Positions 1 to 13,481 of a stretch of DNA of 64,000 nt are shown here, piece after piece. The translations under genes and the position numbers were made by a program. The notes beneath the pieces were generated by a model. It saw nothing but the letters and a program-made list of their open reading frames with translations. It was not told where the DNA came from and did no database searches. Within the stretch, counting starts at the first letter, position 1; each line of letters opens with the position of its first letter. The DNA lies in contig OZ249436.1 in the NCBI GenBank assembly GCA_965235115.1, positions 62,186,001 to 62,250,000 of the forward strand, written 5' to 3'. This DNA comes from Laetmonice hystrix (Eukaryota).

Positions 1-1327
1 AGGCGAGGCCCATGATGTGAGTGTTCTGCAAGTGTTGTTAACCATTAAGATTTCCTCTCATGCACATTTTCACTCCCATGACGGCAACCAAATTTGTGTT
101 AAAAAAGTATTTTATTTTTCTTATTTTTGGACATTTTTTGCATTGAGAATTCTCCTTGTGCCACGCCAACCCTTCAAAACGGTTGTAGATGTATCAGCGA
201 GCCTTGTTCAAACGTTAACACAACACTTCGTATCCGGCTGTTGCTGTAATCCTATCCGTGGTTGGTCGAGTGGTAATTAACAAATGCGAAAAAAAATCGT
301 ATTTGTCCCTATACATTTAATCAAATGTTACTTACTCACCTGATTATTAATCATCCCTCTAGGATGAGTAGCGTTAGATAAAATGAACATCACAACTTCA
401 GCCAGATGCAATAGGCTTATATACGAACATAATGCGATATAATTTAACGATAAAGAAACCTTCGCTGACCTTCTATTGCATACTTGAACTTGACTTTTTA
501 TTCCACTATTTTATTTTCAGGCGATGCAGCGACTATATCTGTGAAGAATTACACGGCTTACAGTATGTAATTGTTAAAGGTAGTATCACACGAATTTCAA
601 GTCATACGTGGCGTTTAACAAAAAATATGTCTGCATTGCGGGTCTCCGAGATAATCCAACCCTACCTTTCTATGTGGACTTGGCGGGTATATGTAAAATA
701 AATGCTAAAAGTCGCCAACTCAAATTTCAGTCACTGAAAGTGACTTACTTGGTTTCCGGGACCCCAAAATCTGTTTTTCATATCCCTATACGCACACGGC
801 TATGAAAATTATGGTCTGTGCAAATTAGAAGCTCTTCTGTCACTATTCGCAATATATCGCTGTTCAATTTGTAGACTGCAAAAATAAATTTCGAATAGAT
901 CTATTGTCAGCATTAGGCGCTATTCTTCCGATTTGAACATGGCATCAGAGTGAACAGTTTAGTCGTTACCTATACTCTAAGTATTAGGAAAGATCGTAAT
1001 TGTCTTTTACAGTTATGAAAAGTATCAAAACTATCAAAGGCTGAGAACCTCAACTGGCAGGTGCACGTCACGTGACACCAGGGAATTCCCCCGTCTGTTC
1101 CTATAGTCCTGGTTCGAATGGCGGCGAAATGCACAACAGGTCGATGGAGCACGACTGACGAATTCATGTTAATTTGTCCAGATTATCAGGGGTGTTTTTT
1201 CTCTCTGCTAAAAGGCAGGTATTGCCTTTAATATCGTTTCTGCTTGATGTTGAAAGCGTTCAGGAGAAGTATATAGGAAAATTGTCAACATTGGATGGCA
1301 TTAATTCCCCATACAAACATAATGCCA

Positions 1328-1535
1328 GGCGCGGATCTAGGTTTGCGCCAACCGGGGGAAGGGGTTGTGGGGTGCCAAGGGGGGGGGGGTGCGCCAACCG
1401 GGGGAAGGGGTTGCGGGGTGCCAAGGGGGGGGGTGCCAAGGGGTATGTGTATGTTTTCAAGCAGAAAAAAAGAAAAATGACTTCATAACGGGGGGTTGCA
1501 ACCCTAGTAAACCCCCTCCCCCCATAAATCCGCCA
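1328..1535. mobile_element. GC-rich MITE-like element with an internal tandem duplication
   Basis: Begins ggcgcggatct and ends aaatccgcc, a short imperfect inverted repeat. The ~45-bp unit gcgccaaccgggggaaggggttg(t/c)ggggtgccaaggg occurs twice at ~1347-1435. Confidence 0.45.
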
Positions 1536-2875
1536 ATGAATTAGGCCTAATGCAAGTCAGCATGTTCAAATTATGCTTGATGCTATATATAGACATCGGT
1601 TTTGCAGGCGACGGTGTTAGTGATTATGATTCTCATCTCGTTATTGCAATATAGGCCTAACTCATTGTTCTACAAATTAGCGATTAGCCCACACTACGTC
1701 GAGAACAAACAATTCTTAATGAATAGGGCGTGCAAGTGACGTCGTCCTGTGGGACGATAATTGGTGGACCAGAGCCACTTCCGGGTAATGGCGCACAGTT
1801 GTAAACATAGGAGAATCACGGCATATGAAGATACAAGCAGTGAAAAAAAAATTTGAGGATAGATTTAGATATATCATTCAGTGACAGAAATCGTCTGTCC
1901 AACGTTAAAAATTAATAATTATAGCTAGTAGCCTAGGCTTGGTGAGGGCTGTGGTTTTGGTTATAGCTAGGTTTGGTCCATTGCTTTAACCTGTGCCGCC
2001 AAGCGGCGTATTCCCCGGAACTGGCAAAATTCCACAACATTGTGCCGTCACTTTCACTTCCTATTGTTATTTCACAATAGGCCTAGAGATCTAGCCTATA
2101 TTAATTTAGGCTATTCTCCCTAACGGGGAGAATATAAACCCACCAGATTACTTGGAGAACCGGCAACTCAAATAGGTAACAAAATAATATGCACACATGT
2201 TATGCCCTGTTAGAGGGGTCCTATGCACCGCCGGACAATTTTGAAATTTAAGGTGCAATTTGATGGCACTTAATTGGTGCATTTTGGAGCACAAAATGAG
2301 GTACCTAGGCCCCTATTAAATAAATGGTCAAAAATGGGGGGGGGGGGGGAAGAAAGAAAAATAAAAGCGGCTCAATGGGGGTGGCTAGCCACCCAATTCA
2401 CCCCCTCCCCCGATCCGCCCAGCAGGCTGTAAGCCTACTGAATGATTGTGTACCTAATACATGTAGTAGCCTATAATCTAAGAGGAATATGAAAAAGGTT
2501 TTACCTGTTGTTTTCAAACAACGGTGCTTAGTCATTTTGGCATTGCATGCTGGAATGCCACGCAGTTTCAATGGAAAACATATTACATAAAATAAAATTG
2601 ATCATGGTTCATCCATGCTGATAATTGGTGGATCCACTCTTTTTGGCCTATCAGACACTAACCCCACTCGCAGGGAGGAGATCATCAAATTAAATTAAAC
2701 GACAATCAGCCTTTAATAGAACAAAAGCATCGATTGAAACATGAAACTGTTCAATCATATCTGATTTAATCGGCGTTAAACAGAATCCCGTCTGTAAACA
2801 AAATAATTCGTTGCCTTATAAGGTGGCACTGTTGGCTATTTTGCAAGAGGGAGAGTTGGATATAATTTTATAAAC

Positions 2876-2895
2876 ATATATATATATATATATAT
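2876..2895. repeat. (AT)n microsatellite
   Basis: Run of about 10 AT units. Confidence 0.9.
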
Positions 2896-5800
2896 GAGAA
2901 CTACGAATACAAATATCAACACGAAGTAGTCCTGAAGATGACGGTAAAATGGCCGTCTGAGCTGGAATAGGCCTACATGTGAATACATAATATACATGTA
3001 TACTTATAACTAGCAGGTAGACTGCAAAATTGTACAGGGATACCACTGAGACAAAAAGTAAACAAACAGATGCATAAATGACCCAAAATTAAAGAGATAC
3101 ACACTTTCATTACAATTTAAATTAGAATGAAAATGAACTGTTGGCCTACCTTGACTTAGTTAAAAGTCTACAATAACAGCATCTCACTACTTATAAGGTA
3201 TATTAGCTCATTATGACGAATCTTATGGATGGAATATGTTGACGACAAGACATCAATTCACAGCTGGACCACCTCACAGAGTGGCTCCTGCATACAAAGA
3301 ATGTAAAGGCCTCCCTGCCCACGCCAACTGTCAGAATAGGACCTACAGAATCATTGGCGTCACGTACATCTGGTGCCCTTTGCACTGTTAATCCCGGTTC
3401 GCTAAAATGGATTGTCCCCTGATAAAGACAATCAATAGCTAGCTGAGCCTATTGTAAATACATTGTATAGATCAGCAGTTTAATACCGGTGACTGTATGC
3501 CAGGCCTCCAGTCTAATTTTCCCTCTCTGGGCCTGATTCTGTACAGGTAGTCTAGATTACAGCGTCTGCATGCTATCCTATGCAATCTCTTTATGGCCTA
3601 AATAGCCTAAACAGGCAAATTCCCGGTTTCTGGTATGGAGAACATTTCAAAAATGTCAGAATACGACCTACAGAATCACTGGCGGTGCAGCTTTTTTTTA
3701 AATTTGGTGACAGCTGGCTAAAATAAGTCTCACAAGAATCATGTAAAATGAATCCATATTAAAAAAGGACGTTTAAAACATGATTTACATACACCCATTG
3801 CAGTATTAAAGGTCCATTCTTCGACAACCTGCCATATAAATCAGCTTAGTGTCACATGTAAAACTCAAATGAATTGAGGTGAGAGACCAATCAAATGTAA
3901 TGTGAGAATGCTCAGTTGGCTCCGTTGCAATCTAACGCTCTGCCTTCGAACCGCTTGGCCATTTTCGATAACCGTGTACTAACAGGGGAATTCCCACGCT
4001 GAGTTTCAGTGCTGCGCGCCTCTCACAGTGAGCGCCCTTTCCGGACAGCGGAGGCAAATTCAAACTCCTGCTAATTATCATGTTTTAGCTTCGGTCCGAG
4101 TTTTAGTTAAATAAATCATCATACTGCAGTATTGCAGTAACAGTGTGTCTCCATTATGTCAATAGGTGACTATAGGGGACAGGTAAGTGTTTTATTCTCG
4201 AAGATACTAACGATGCCACTTTAATGAAATATCCATTACAATAATGGTTAGGTTAAAGCCTTACCGCTAGGTGGCAGCCCGATTCACCTATTAATGCCTG
4301 GCTGGTCCCCTGGGGCCTCATTGGAAATAGCTGCACGAAGCAAAACGGGCCGGCTCCCGCCCGAATTGTATAGTCGTGACGTCAGACTACACCAGGAAGT
4401 GGGGCCCCCAACTGTTTGGCGAGAGACGCCCGAGGTATGGGCATCGAGAGTTATGTTTGAGTAGGCTACCCTATCCGTCCCAATGAAAACACAGTCATAG
4501 CTTCGGCTTTGGGGGAGTAGGGGATTGACATGTGTCTTCACGCCGACTTAGGTAAATTAGGTGATTAATTTTCTTCTTCAAACGTTCACCTTCATAACAG
4601 AAATTTATATTTGCACATACGACGCCGAAGGAGCAGGTTTCAATAATGCACTACTTCCTGGCTCGACTGGATATGACAGTTCACTCACTGCCTCGCTACA
4701 CAGGTCAATTTCGTCGTGTATCTCGTTGCCACAATGGCGCGCAAATCACCCGAGAGTATTTTTGAATAGCAGGAAGTGGCGTCATATGTCCGACCGGAAC
4801 TTGATTTCCTGGGGGGGGGGGGGGGGGGGCAGCCTGACTGCGCTCCCTTAAAAGTGCCCCCCAGCGATAATCAAATGCATAGGTCGGCATATGCAGCAGT
4901 ATGCTTTAATTACGTAGGCCTATTTGAATTTGTCCATGAGAGTCTCATGCCTTTCCTCTAACATGCACTAGGCCTAGCCATAATTATACTGTAGGCCTAA
5001 CAGGCTACAGTAAGCTGATACTTCCTCCCCCCCCCCGTCCCGCCGACTGTTGTCCCATTCCCCAGACTTTTTTCGGAGGGCAATCGATGTGAGGTTTGCT
5101 TGAACGAGTTTATCTTCATGTCCTGTTTCACGGCTGACCACTATAACAGGATGTGCCCCTGAAGCCAATCTTCCACCATCTTTGGTCACGGCCTACCCTA
5201 CACCCGGGCGCCACCGCGGCCAGTCGGAGAGCAGGGCCGTAGCCTGTCGGGGGGGGGGGGGGGGCAAGGGAGCAACTCCCCCTTGGGATTTCTAGGCTTT
5301 GCTTCAATTATTGGGCCTTGATTCTTAGCATTGACACTGGAATTGACACCTGGTAGGCCTTTATGCTTAGGAGGCACTGCCCCCTTGCGTATTTGGGCCA
5401 GACTACGGCCCTCGACAGTGGGGTCTTTGGATGTGGCATCCACAAATTTTCGAAGATTCCATTATCACACTATAGTCATCATCAATAGGCCTACCAGGAT
5501 GTGACCACCGTGACGACAGCAGAATGACCTTTTCATATCGAAAATTGCATTTTGCTTTATGTGATTCTTCACACGAAACACTGATTCTTTTCGGATAAGA
5601 AGAGTGTAACATTGATAAAACCTGCCCTGCGGTGTGAAGGCCTACACATCCAGATATCAGTATAACAGGATTACACCCATCACTGATTTCATTTCTCACT
5701 CCGTCGGTTACACTGGTATAATTCGGCCATGACGTGACAACACAGCACTGATCTGAGTTCGCCAATAAACAAAAAAAAGGTTCTTTTCACTATCAACAGA

Positions 5801-7855
5801 CATCAGCAATTCCCTATCGTGCGTCCGGGTTAGATATGCCTGCTGAGTCAAGCTGCAGCAGACTTACAGCACCGCTGTTCTTAGGTCCTAATTTCTAACT
5901 CCAAATTCGAATCACGAGAAAAATGGCGGACCCTGAAAAGACCATACACATGCATTAGGCTAATAACTGCACGCTTTTCGATGGTTTAATTGTAGGCTGT
6001 ACTCCACACCGTTTGATGATGATGATTAGGCCTGTTTTATAGTCTTCTGCTTTTAGTTGCACGACTAACGGCAAGAGTCACTAAATTTATGCATTCATGT
6101 GGTTTTACGCACTGTCGGCAGTATTTCAGCCCACATTCAAGGCGCTATAATGAGGCGCTATAAAAACAACCTAAGAGACCTATCCCCGACCCCCGAGTTC
6201 CAGGAGAATGATGAGCATTGAGAATTGCTCTTCACGAAAAAAGGGGGGTTCCCTATATGCTTACTCGCACAGTCACGTATTGACCCCCCCCCCTGCTAAG
6301 TTGCCCCACTTACGGAGTGCTACTGGGGATGTTCAAGGAGATAATGGACTCGAACGAATCTGTGCCTCACAAAAGATGTCTCCACGCGGCGCGGCCGCGA
6401 AACCGCTGCATGGAAACGGAAACAGAACTATACATATCTACACATATCTACTATATCAGCTACTCCGTTCGCGTTTCCACTTGCGGAAACGCATACATAG
6501 AAGGCGGGCACCATGTACACGTTTCCACGAACCAGTTTACCCGCGGGGAAAAAAAATCAATCACGTTCCTGCTGGTGTCCGCTCCCGGAACTTCTCCAAA
6601 GTGGCGTGCTGGGCAAGGTAATTCCGAGGGGAACAGGAGCAGGGCCTACGTTGACCAGCATGGGCATTTGACCTGTAAGCCTAATCTTGTCGTTGGCATT
6701 AAGACATTTGTCTTTAGTCTTTCAAATTGAAATAATTATCACGTCTCTTTTCTCTTGAGGGTTCACGTTAGGGGCGTATTTGAACCGCCATATGGAGTGG
6801 TAGGACCTGCAATCTCAGACGGCTATGTCACGCTGCAGGAATAGCCTATATATGGCTCAACAGGCAACGCTTCATATAGCGAATGTCCATGGAGACTCAG
6901 CCTCCATTGTCAGTTGTAGGCCTACATTATTGATCACTCCCTTTCTATTTATGCAGGTCTTGCCAAATGTATAAATAATACAAAACGATTCACATGCGAG
7001 TTTACCCATCACTGGCACCAGACAAAAGAAAGACAGCACATCCTCTGTTCATGCCCCTCTTTAACATGTTCTATACATGTAACAATAATCCTCTTCAAAC
7101 TACAGAGGCAGGTCTGAAAACCTTAAGGGCCCGAACTGGCGTACGTAGGCTTTTTACGGTAATTGTGTGGTAATTTAAGGGCGAGCCACACAGGGCGCGG
7201 TCGGCACGCGGGCGTCAAGCAGCACGCGGGCGTCAAGCGTCACTCGGGCGGCAAACTAAACACATTGAACGCGGCTTTTCTTGAGCAGTAACTTTGAAAT
7301 ACATCTAATCATCAGGAGAGACGAGCTTCTGAGATTAGGCAAAAGAAAAAAAAAGTTTCGTTTCTTGTCCTTTCATATAAAAAAAATTGGTGCGGTGACG
7401 CGGTTTTTTTTCATCTTTCTTTTTTTGGGATGCAACTAGACAACGGCCGATTCTTCGAATGCAATTGCTGTTGGGTACATACATCTTGAAGAAAAGACTA
7501 ATGCAATGATGTTCAATGTTTAAGAATGTGTAAAACTCGCATAAAAAGCAATAAGACTAACAGAAAAACGCTAACACCAAAGAACCGTTGCAACGTTCTG
7601 TCGAAAAAGTGTTGGCTTACTACAAAATATTTCCTTGCATGACAACATTTGCTACCCAGACAGTTAACCCGGGTGTGAAGTTGACCGGGTCAGCTAACCC
7701 CTCTTTCTGGCCGAGCTAAGTTAGCTGCTCGGCCAAAGCGCTCATCCGGGTCAAGTTAACCCGGGCTAAGCGCGTTCACATACAGCTCACCACCACTGAC
7801 CCGGGTTTTACCAGTGAAATCCTCAATAAGAACATACCCTAAGTATGACACTAAT

Positions 7856-8582
7856 GGGCGTGATCCACTTGCGTTGCGATGCTTCCGATTCACTCCTTGC
7901 GGGGTCTTACGAGAAAAAATTCCAAATCGGGAATACACGCAAGTGAATCACTCATTACGAGCGTTCACGAGTGTTCCGAGGGCTTCAGACGTCTTACGAG
8001 TGCCAGAGCGCTCTCGGGGCCTCCTTACGAGCAGATCAAAAATGTTAGATATTATCGGAAGAGTGCATAGTGCGCGTGGCCTCGCGTAAGATATCGGAAG
8101 ATGCATAAAGAGTTCGTAAGCACTCGGAAGGGCGCGGAAGGTCTTTAGAAAGCGAGCCCAAAAACTTCTTCCATTTATTGTTCCTCACCTTCGGCCAAAA
8201 AGGCGAAGGTGAGGGCAATTAGTGCGACCTCGTCGGGCTCCATTTTGATGTCCTCTGACAATCGGAAGAGCTCTTAAAGTTAATCTGTCCGAAAATTGAA
8301 ATAAATGCAGTCAATTCAACAAAACTTGAGTAAAAACAATTGTTTTAAGGGATTTCGTAGGAGATGGGGACAAAACTCGGCGGCCGTAGGGTGATCGATT
8401 ACCTTTAAGACCCTACAAGTGGATTATACTTTTCGATTTTCTTACGAGTGCTTACGCGGGTAACGCAAGCCTACAATTACTTACGCGGCCTTACAGCACT
8501 TTTACGCACTTCCGAAGCTTCCGATAGAGAAAAAAAAATCGTAGACGCACGGAAGCCATCGCAACGGAAGTGGATCACGTCC
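7856..8582. mobile_element. Non-autonomous TIR DNA transposon (MITE)
   Basis: Left end gggcgtgatccacttgcgttgcgatgcttccg matches the reverse complement of the right end (ggacgtgatccacttccgttgcgatggcttccg). Internal cttacgag/cgtaag sub-repeats. No clean TSD. Confidence 0.8.
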
Positions 8583-9872
8583 ATGACACCTGATCCTCAC
8601 CCTTGATACCGTATTCTGACACTGGATTTCAACACCAGATCAACAGATCACACTAACATTGCGATGCGAGGTCAGAATTGGTGTGATCACAGCGTGTTAG
8701 TGTTGGGATTTAGACGTTCGTGTGATCTTAACACCAATTTTGTCCTCGCCCAATCTGTATTTAGCCGCCGACACGTATCACATCGAAGTAGTCCGTGAGA
8801 GCGAGTAGAACGTAATTACATCTGGGATTTTCGTGGGATCAGTCAGGAGATAAAATTCATGGGCCACGTCCTCAGAAATGGAATCCACCCCGCAATTCGA
8901 TGGTATGCATTCAGGTCATTGACTAGAAACAATTCTCTCTGCATGCCTAGTAACTGTTGTGGAGACAAGCAAGTTCTCCAAAACAATTCAACTGCCACCC
9001 TGCGTACGTCCTGCCAACGTTCAACATGGTGTAGGCCTATCACACGGTGAGTTATAATATTCTCGTTTTATTCACGGTATTTTATCTTGTATGGTAAGCG
9101 TTTAGGCGTGGGCCTATACATGTTATTCTAAAGCATTTTAACCCCAGAAAGAATGTTTGTAAAGCAGAAAACACGACTGCCACTGTGCAGACAATAACGC
9201 ATCCAACCGGACAGAAGGCCTCCTCATGGACACTGAAAGGGCCCCACCGTGGATGCTTCATGTTAAAAGAGCCCCACCCCCACCTGGAACTTGGTGATGC
9301 GACGCACAGAAAGACATGATCCTGGACAAAGATGGCAGAGATTTCCATGAAATAAAATGGTAAATGCAGGTAAGCGGGTATCAATCGATTCAAGCGATCC
9401 ATGGTAAGTATTTTAGTGAGGAGGAGAAGAAGGAGGAGAAGGAGAAGAGGAAGAAGATTTGTCGCAGGGATCCAGGAATTGGGAAGGGGGTCCATTGGGG
9501 AAACTAGCAAAAAAGGGGGTCCGATACGGTTAATTCAGAAAGCTCAATGGGAAAAAGAGACAAATTGACGCTAAAGGGGGCCTTACCCCAGGAACCCCCC
9601 CCCCCCCCCGTTCCGTTACTGCGTCTAACCTTCCTTTTAATGGTCCTCGCTCCTGACTACATTTAACATAGTGAACATTGTTAAACAAAAGGAATCTGCT
9701 AGCCATATTCTCTCGATTTCCCTCTATAACCTACATGACCAGTGCATGGTTCTTCTGTAGCAGGGGTGGGAGGGGGGGGGGGAGTCATGTTTTTAAAATA
9801 AAATTCAGCAAGGTCTATGAAAGCAGTCTCTATACGTTTTCTGGTGTATTATATATGCATGCATATACTTAC

Positions 9873-10324
9873 ATCTCAGTAATTGTGAGCGTCTTGTTAG
9901 GGCTTGGTGGAAGTTGTGCCGGTATGGACGTGAGTTTGTCTCGCAGCAAACATTGTAAGATTCCAGGCTTGCAAGTACAGTCACGAAGGCAGACGTTCTG
10001 CTGGCCCACCACCTTTCCTGTAGAGCTCTTCTTGCCTACACTGAGGCCAGGGGCTGGGCTACGGGTTGCTATGGACCCCTGGGCCTCCGGCATTCCGTGA
10101 CCGAGTCTCACAAATACAACGAGGAGCACGTTCAAAATACCGACCCATGTTTTGATGCGAGTCGACCGGGCGCAGAAAATATGGTAAATGACGACATCCA
10201 TGAGTCGCCTCAGGGCACACAACGGTTTGCTGTGACTCGCCCGGTTCATGGGGAGGTTGGCTGCTGTGGCTGCGGTTGATGAGTTTCGATCAGGCGTGGT
10301 CGATGTTACGTCAGGCGCAGGCAT
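9873..10324 (-). CDS. 5' coding exon of a secreted or membrane LRR protein (signal peptide + LRRNT cap); glycoprotein-hormone-receptor (LGR)- or Slit-like
   Basis: Translation has a hydrophobic stretch WVGILNVLLVVFV, then CLRDCTCKPGILQC-LLRDKLTSIPAQLP (CxxxCxCx6C + LTSIPxxLP, the LRRNT pattern). It ends at a phase-2 GTAAGT donor (9872), the intron phase typical of LRR receptor genes. An acceptor ttgttgccag sits just before the ATG at 10324; alternative ATGs at 10249 and 10201. Downstream exons not found in the window. Confidence 0.65.
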
Positions 10325-11914
10325 CTGGCAACAAGTCAGATGAAACGCACACAGTCTCATCCTGACCGCCTGACTCGTGTCTACTGAACTCCTTGCTGGT
10401 CTCTGGCTCTGTTTAGTTTCATATACGCGACTCACCGAAAACTACATGGTTAGTGTTCAGAACGTCATTCGTAAACTTGTGCAAGAACCCCCTCGAGTTT
10501 TTCGATGTAAAGTCCATTAGGAATGTGCATATGAAAGACCAGCCCAGATACTCTAGCAGATGATGCCGAAAGACTGATGGTTATAGAGGTCAACCTAAAA
10601 TCTACAACTCACACGCCAATTTTACCTAGAGCTACCGATCAGGTAAACGACCCACTGCTTCCGGCGAAGGTTCTTTTTACCCCCACCAGAGCCAGTCCCA
10701 CACACCTTGCAAAGCCAGGTAATTCGACTAAGGTCAATGAGGAAACTCGTAATGTATCTGAGGTCACTGCCAATAGGTTCTTGCTAGAAGCGCGGCTGGT
10801 ACGGAGGAAACGAAAGACCAACACATGCCGCATAAATGTAGCCTTAAGGCTGTGCTCTTTGGCCGCAAGGAATTCTGCCAACATGTGCACGTGGCTGCCT
10901 CCCTAGAAGAGGTATGGCAAACTATATTATCTCTGTTCTGGTAAATATGCCTCCAGCGCCATAGAACGTCCAAAGAAGTTCTCAACAGCAATAACTATCT
11001 CACGCTCTCACAACATATAGGTCTGTGATTGGCATGTGTTCAATAATACACATGGATGACCAACGCCTCCTGCCTTTTCTTGTACTGAATGATGATTCAA
11101 AAATCGCTGCAGGGAAACTCCATCAATCCAATAACTCTGTGCTTCCAATGAATCGGACAACGGCAATCTAGTTCCGGTGGTATAATGTGCGACGTTCTTT
11201 GAGTATGCTAGCGTTCAAGAACGGTGCGCTACTGGTGCGTGGCCAAGTCCTTGTCCGGCGTCATTGCGTGAATTGAAGCGATGGCGGCACGTTAACATGG
11301 AGCCTGTGGTCACTGGTAGGCCGATTGCAAGTTCTGCTGACTATACGGCTGCACGGCGGTCGGCATGGTGCTTCGGATACACGGGGCGGCGCCTACCGTG
11401 TAGCCTTAGGACCTGTGATTGGCTCTTAGTCCAATCAATATGTTCGCAGCGTCAGAGTCGGCCCAACCTCCTCTAGACATATCCATGTGGTTGTTTTATT
11501 ACCTGTGGGCATGCCTTCCGCGATACGCTGATCCACGGCCAAATGGACTGGGGAATACTAGATCTACAGCGGTATAGGTCTAGAAAGTATCTCCATATAT
11601 ACCTATTACCGTGGTTGACCTTTTAAGCTCAAAGAAAATAGCCTAGTGTTGATGAAATGTCACATGACTTCCTACCCAACATTTATGAAAAACATCCCCC
11701 GCTCAATCATCCCATCTCCTGCGTACCGTCCATTGCCCACTGAGAGCAAGTCATGCATGGTAAAGGAAAATGATTCCAAATGAAATAATAAAAAAGATAG
11801 ATGAGTATGTATAGTAGCACAGCTAATCTGTGATAGTAGTTAACTATATCGTCTTGCAGCAGTTTCAATGTATGCCTATATGATTTAGAGACGAACAAAG
11901 CAGTGCATCTCTCT

Positions 11915-12042
11915 NNNNNNNNNNNNNNNNNNNNNNNNNNNNNNNNNNNNNNNNNNNNNNNNNNNNNNNNNNNNNNNNNNNNNNNNNNNNNNNNNNNNNN
12001 NNNNNNNNNNNNNNNNNNNNNNNNNNNNNNNNNNNNNNNNNN
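11915..12042. other. Assembly gap
   Basis: 128 consecutive N. Confidence 0.99.
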
Positions 12043-12111
12043 TTTTCTTCTTAACGGCGTCTCCAAGTGCCTCACCGTCCACAAAAGACAAGTACGTTAT
12101 GCCTGTCCATG

Positions 12112-12490
12112 TGGGGGATCCAGGGGCGGGTTGCACTAACGGTCCTACGGGTTAGGACTGAATTTAGGACCAGTCCTACTGAGTGTCATGCCCCCAAGCA
12201 CTCCATATCTATCTGGGTTTCAATAGCCCTTAAGATATAAAAGTTGACGAATTACATTTAAATATGGATATTGGCCTCTGTTGAACGTAGGACTGGTCCT
12301 AAATTCAGTCCTAACCCGTAGGACCGTTAGTGCAACCCGCCCCAGGGACCGGGGCCCGGGCTTCCCTTAGATTTTCCTTTTTTGGATGAAGATGCATTAG
12401 TACAGTCACAATCAAATCATGCCGAGCGTAGCGAGGTTACAAATATTTTTTGGTGCCCCCCCCCCCCTTATCAAAATCCTGGATCCCCCA
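12112..12490. mobile_element. MITE with tgggggatccagg termini, interrupted by a nested MITE
   Basis: Removing 12124-12342 and one CAG restores tgggggatccagg, whose reverse complement cctggatccccca is at 12478-12490. Confidence 0.7.
12124..12342. mobile_element. PIF/Harbinger-like MITE
   Basis: Perfect 56-bp TIRs (12124-12179 and 12287-12342) flanked by a CAG duplication (12121-12123 and 12343-12345). Confidence 0.9.
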
Positions 12491-12972
12491 TACTGCTGTC
12501 AGATCTTCGACCATCAATAACGAACCTACATTTGAATGTTTCCACCCTCCTCTGACAGGCCCATTATCCAACGGAACAGCCGATCAGCGCGTCATTGGGG
12601 CATTTAGACACTTTCGCTACCTTTCAGAAAAAATAACGCGCAGCAATTAATAACTGCCCTTGTCTTGCCGCAACTCCCATTGCAACCATTTCCCCTCCTT
12701 AAACCTGTAATTCAGTGCTGAGCCTAATAATTGTTTCCGATGCCGTTGGGCCGGTTGCACGCGGGGGCGAGGTGAAGGCGTAGTTGGGCGAGATAATGTG
12801 AAAGATCAAGGTTTATTGATCTCAACAGGTACGTCAAGTTGACTTGAGGCAGGCTATCATTTCATGACATCCCAAAAGACCCCTTTCGCAAACTGCACCA
12901 TTTTCCTATACATTGTGTGTCATTAGACGTGTGATTGTATCTTGATGCGTCACCATTCTGATATTGCTTTAA

Positions 12973-13481
12973 AGGGGCATGCTATGGAACACGTTTTGGA
13001 GGATTTCCGGCTATCCAACATGACCGTGTACTAGGCATCCGAGTAAAAATCCTACCACAGCATTTTGTCCTCCGACGTGTTTTCGGTGCGTATGCAGCAC
13101 AAGTAGGTTCTATACGACCAAACGCATAGATTTCTCCCGATAGCACATCTCCCGCCATAATTTGGTAGACAAACCCGTGTAATGGCATATACTGCGTCAC
13201 ATCCTGCGTGTGCACTCTCTGCATGTCACGTGCTTCGCTATGTTGTAAACAATTCAGCAGTTGCACTCGATCGATCAACAAAAGCCACGTGCAAACGATG
13301 GGCGGGGCCGTTTTTCCAGATGGCCAGCAAGGGAGCTTAATAAACTTCGATTTCTCATGCAAAATGAAACTGATAAGTCTGTCTTTGTTTACCAGGCAAT
13401 TTTAATGAAGGATCTCTTGATGAAAACAGCAAAAGTTCTTTGAAATACCGATTTTTTCACGTTTCCTCATAATATGCCCCT
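12973..13481 (+). mobile_element. Kolobok-like non-autonomous element, copy 1
   Basis: TTAA|AGGGGCAT...ATGCCCCT|TTAA. A similar copy lies in opposite orientation at 29724-30185; strand given is relative only. Confidence 0.85.

Noticed and set aside
1118-1235. Short ORF MAAKCTTGRWSTTDEFMLI, reminiscent of a Myb/SANT (MADF) start
   Set aside because: Stops after ~38 codons, no frame continues the domain, and no partner transposase is recognisable.
3198-3395. Stop-free frame HYDESYGWNMLTTRHQFTAGPP...
   Set aside because: No recognisable motif and no consistent splice partners.
4280-5770. Several 60-120 aa ORFs in CpG-rich DNA
   Set aside because: No domain signature; several read through G/C homopolymers. 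Could be decayed transposon sequence but cannot be supported.
8840-9340. FMGHVLR and W...DATHRK fragments resembling a LINE C-terminus
   Set aside because: Only a few residues match and the frames are broken; too weak to call.
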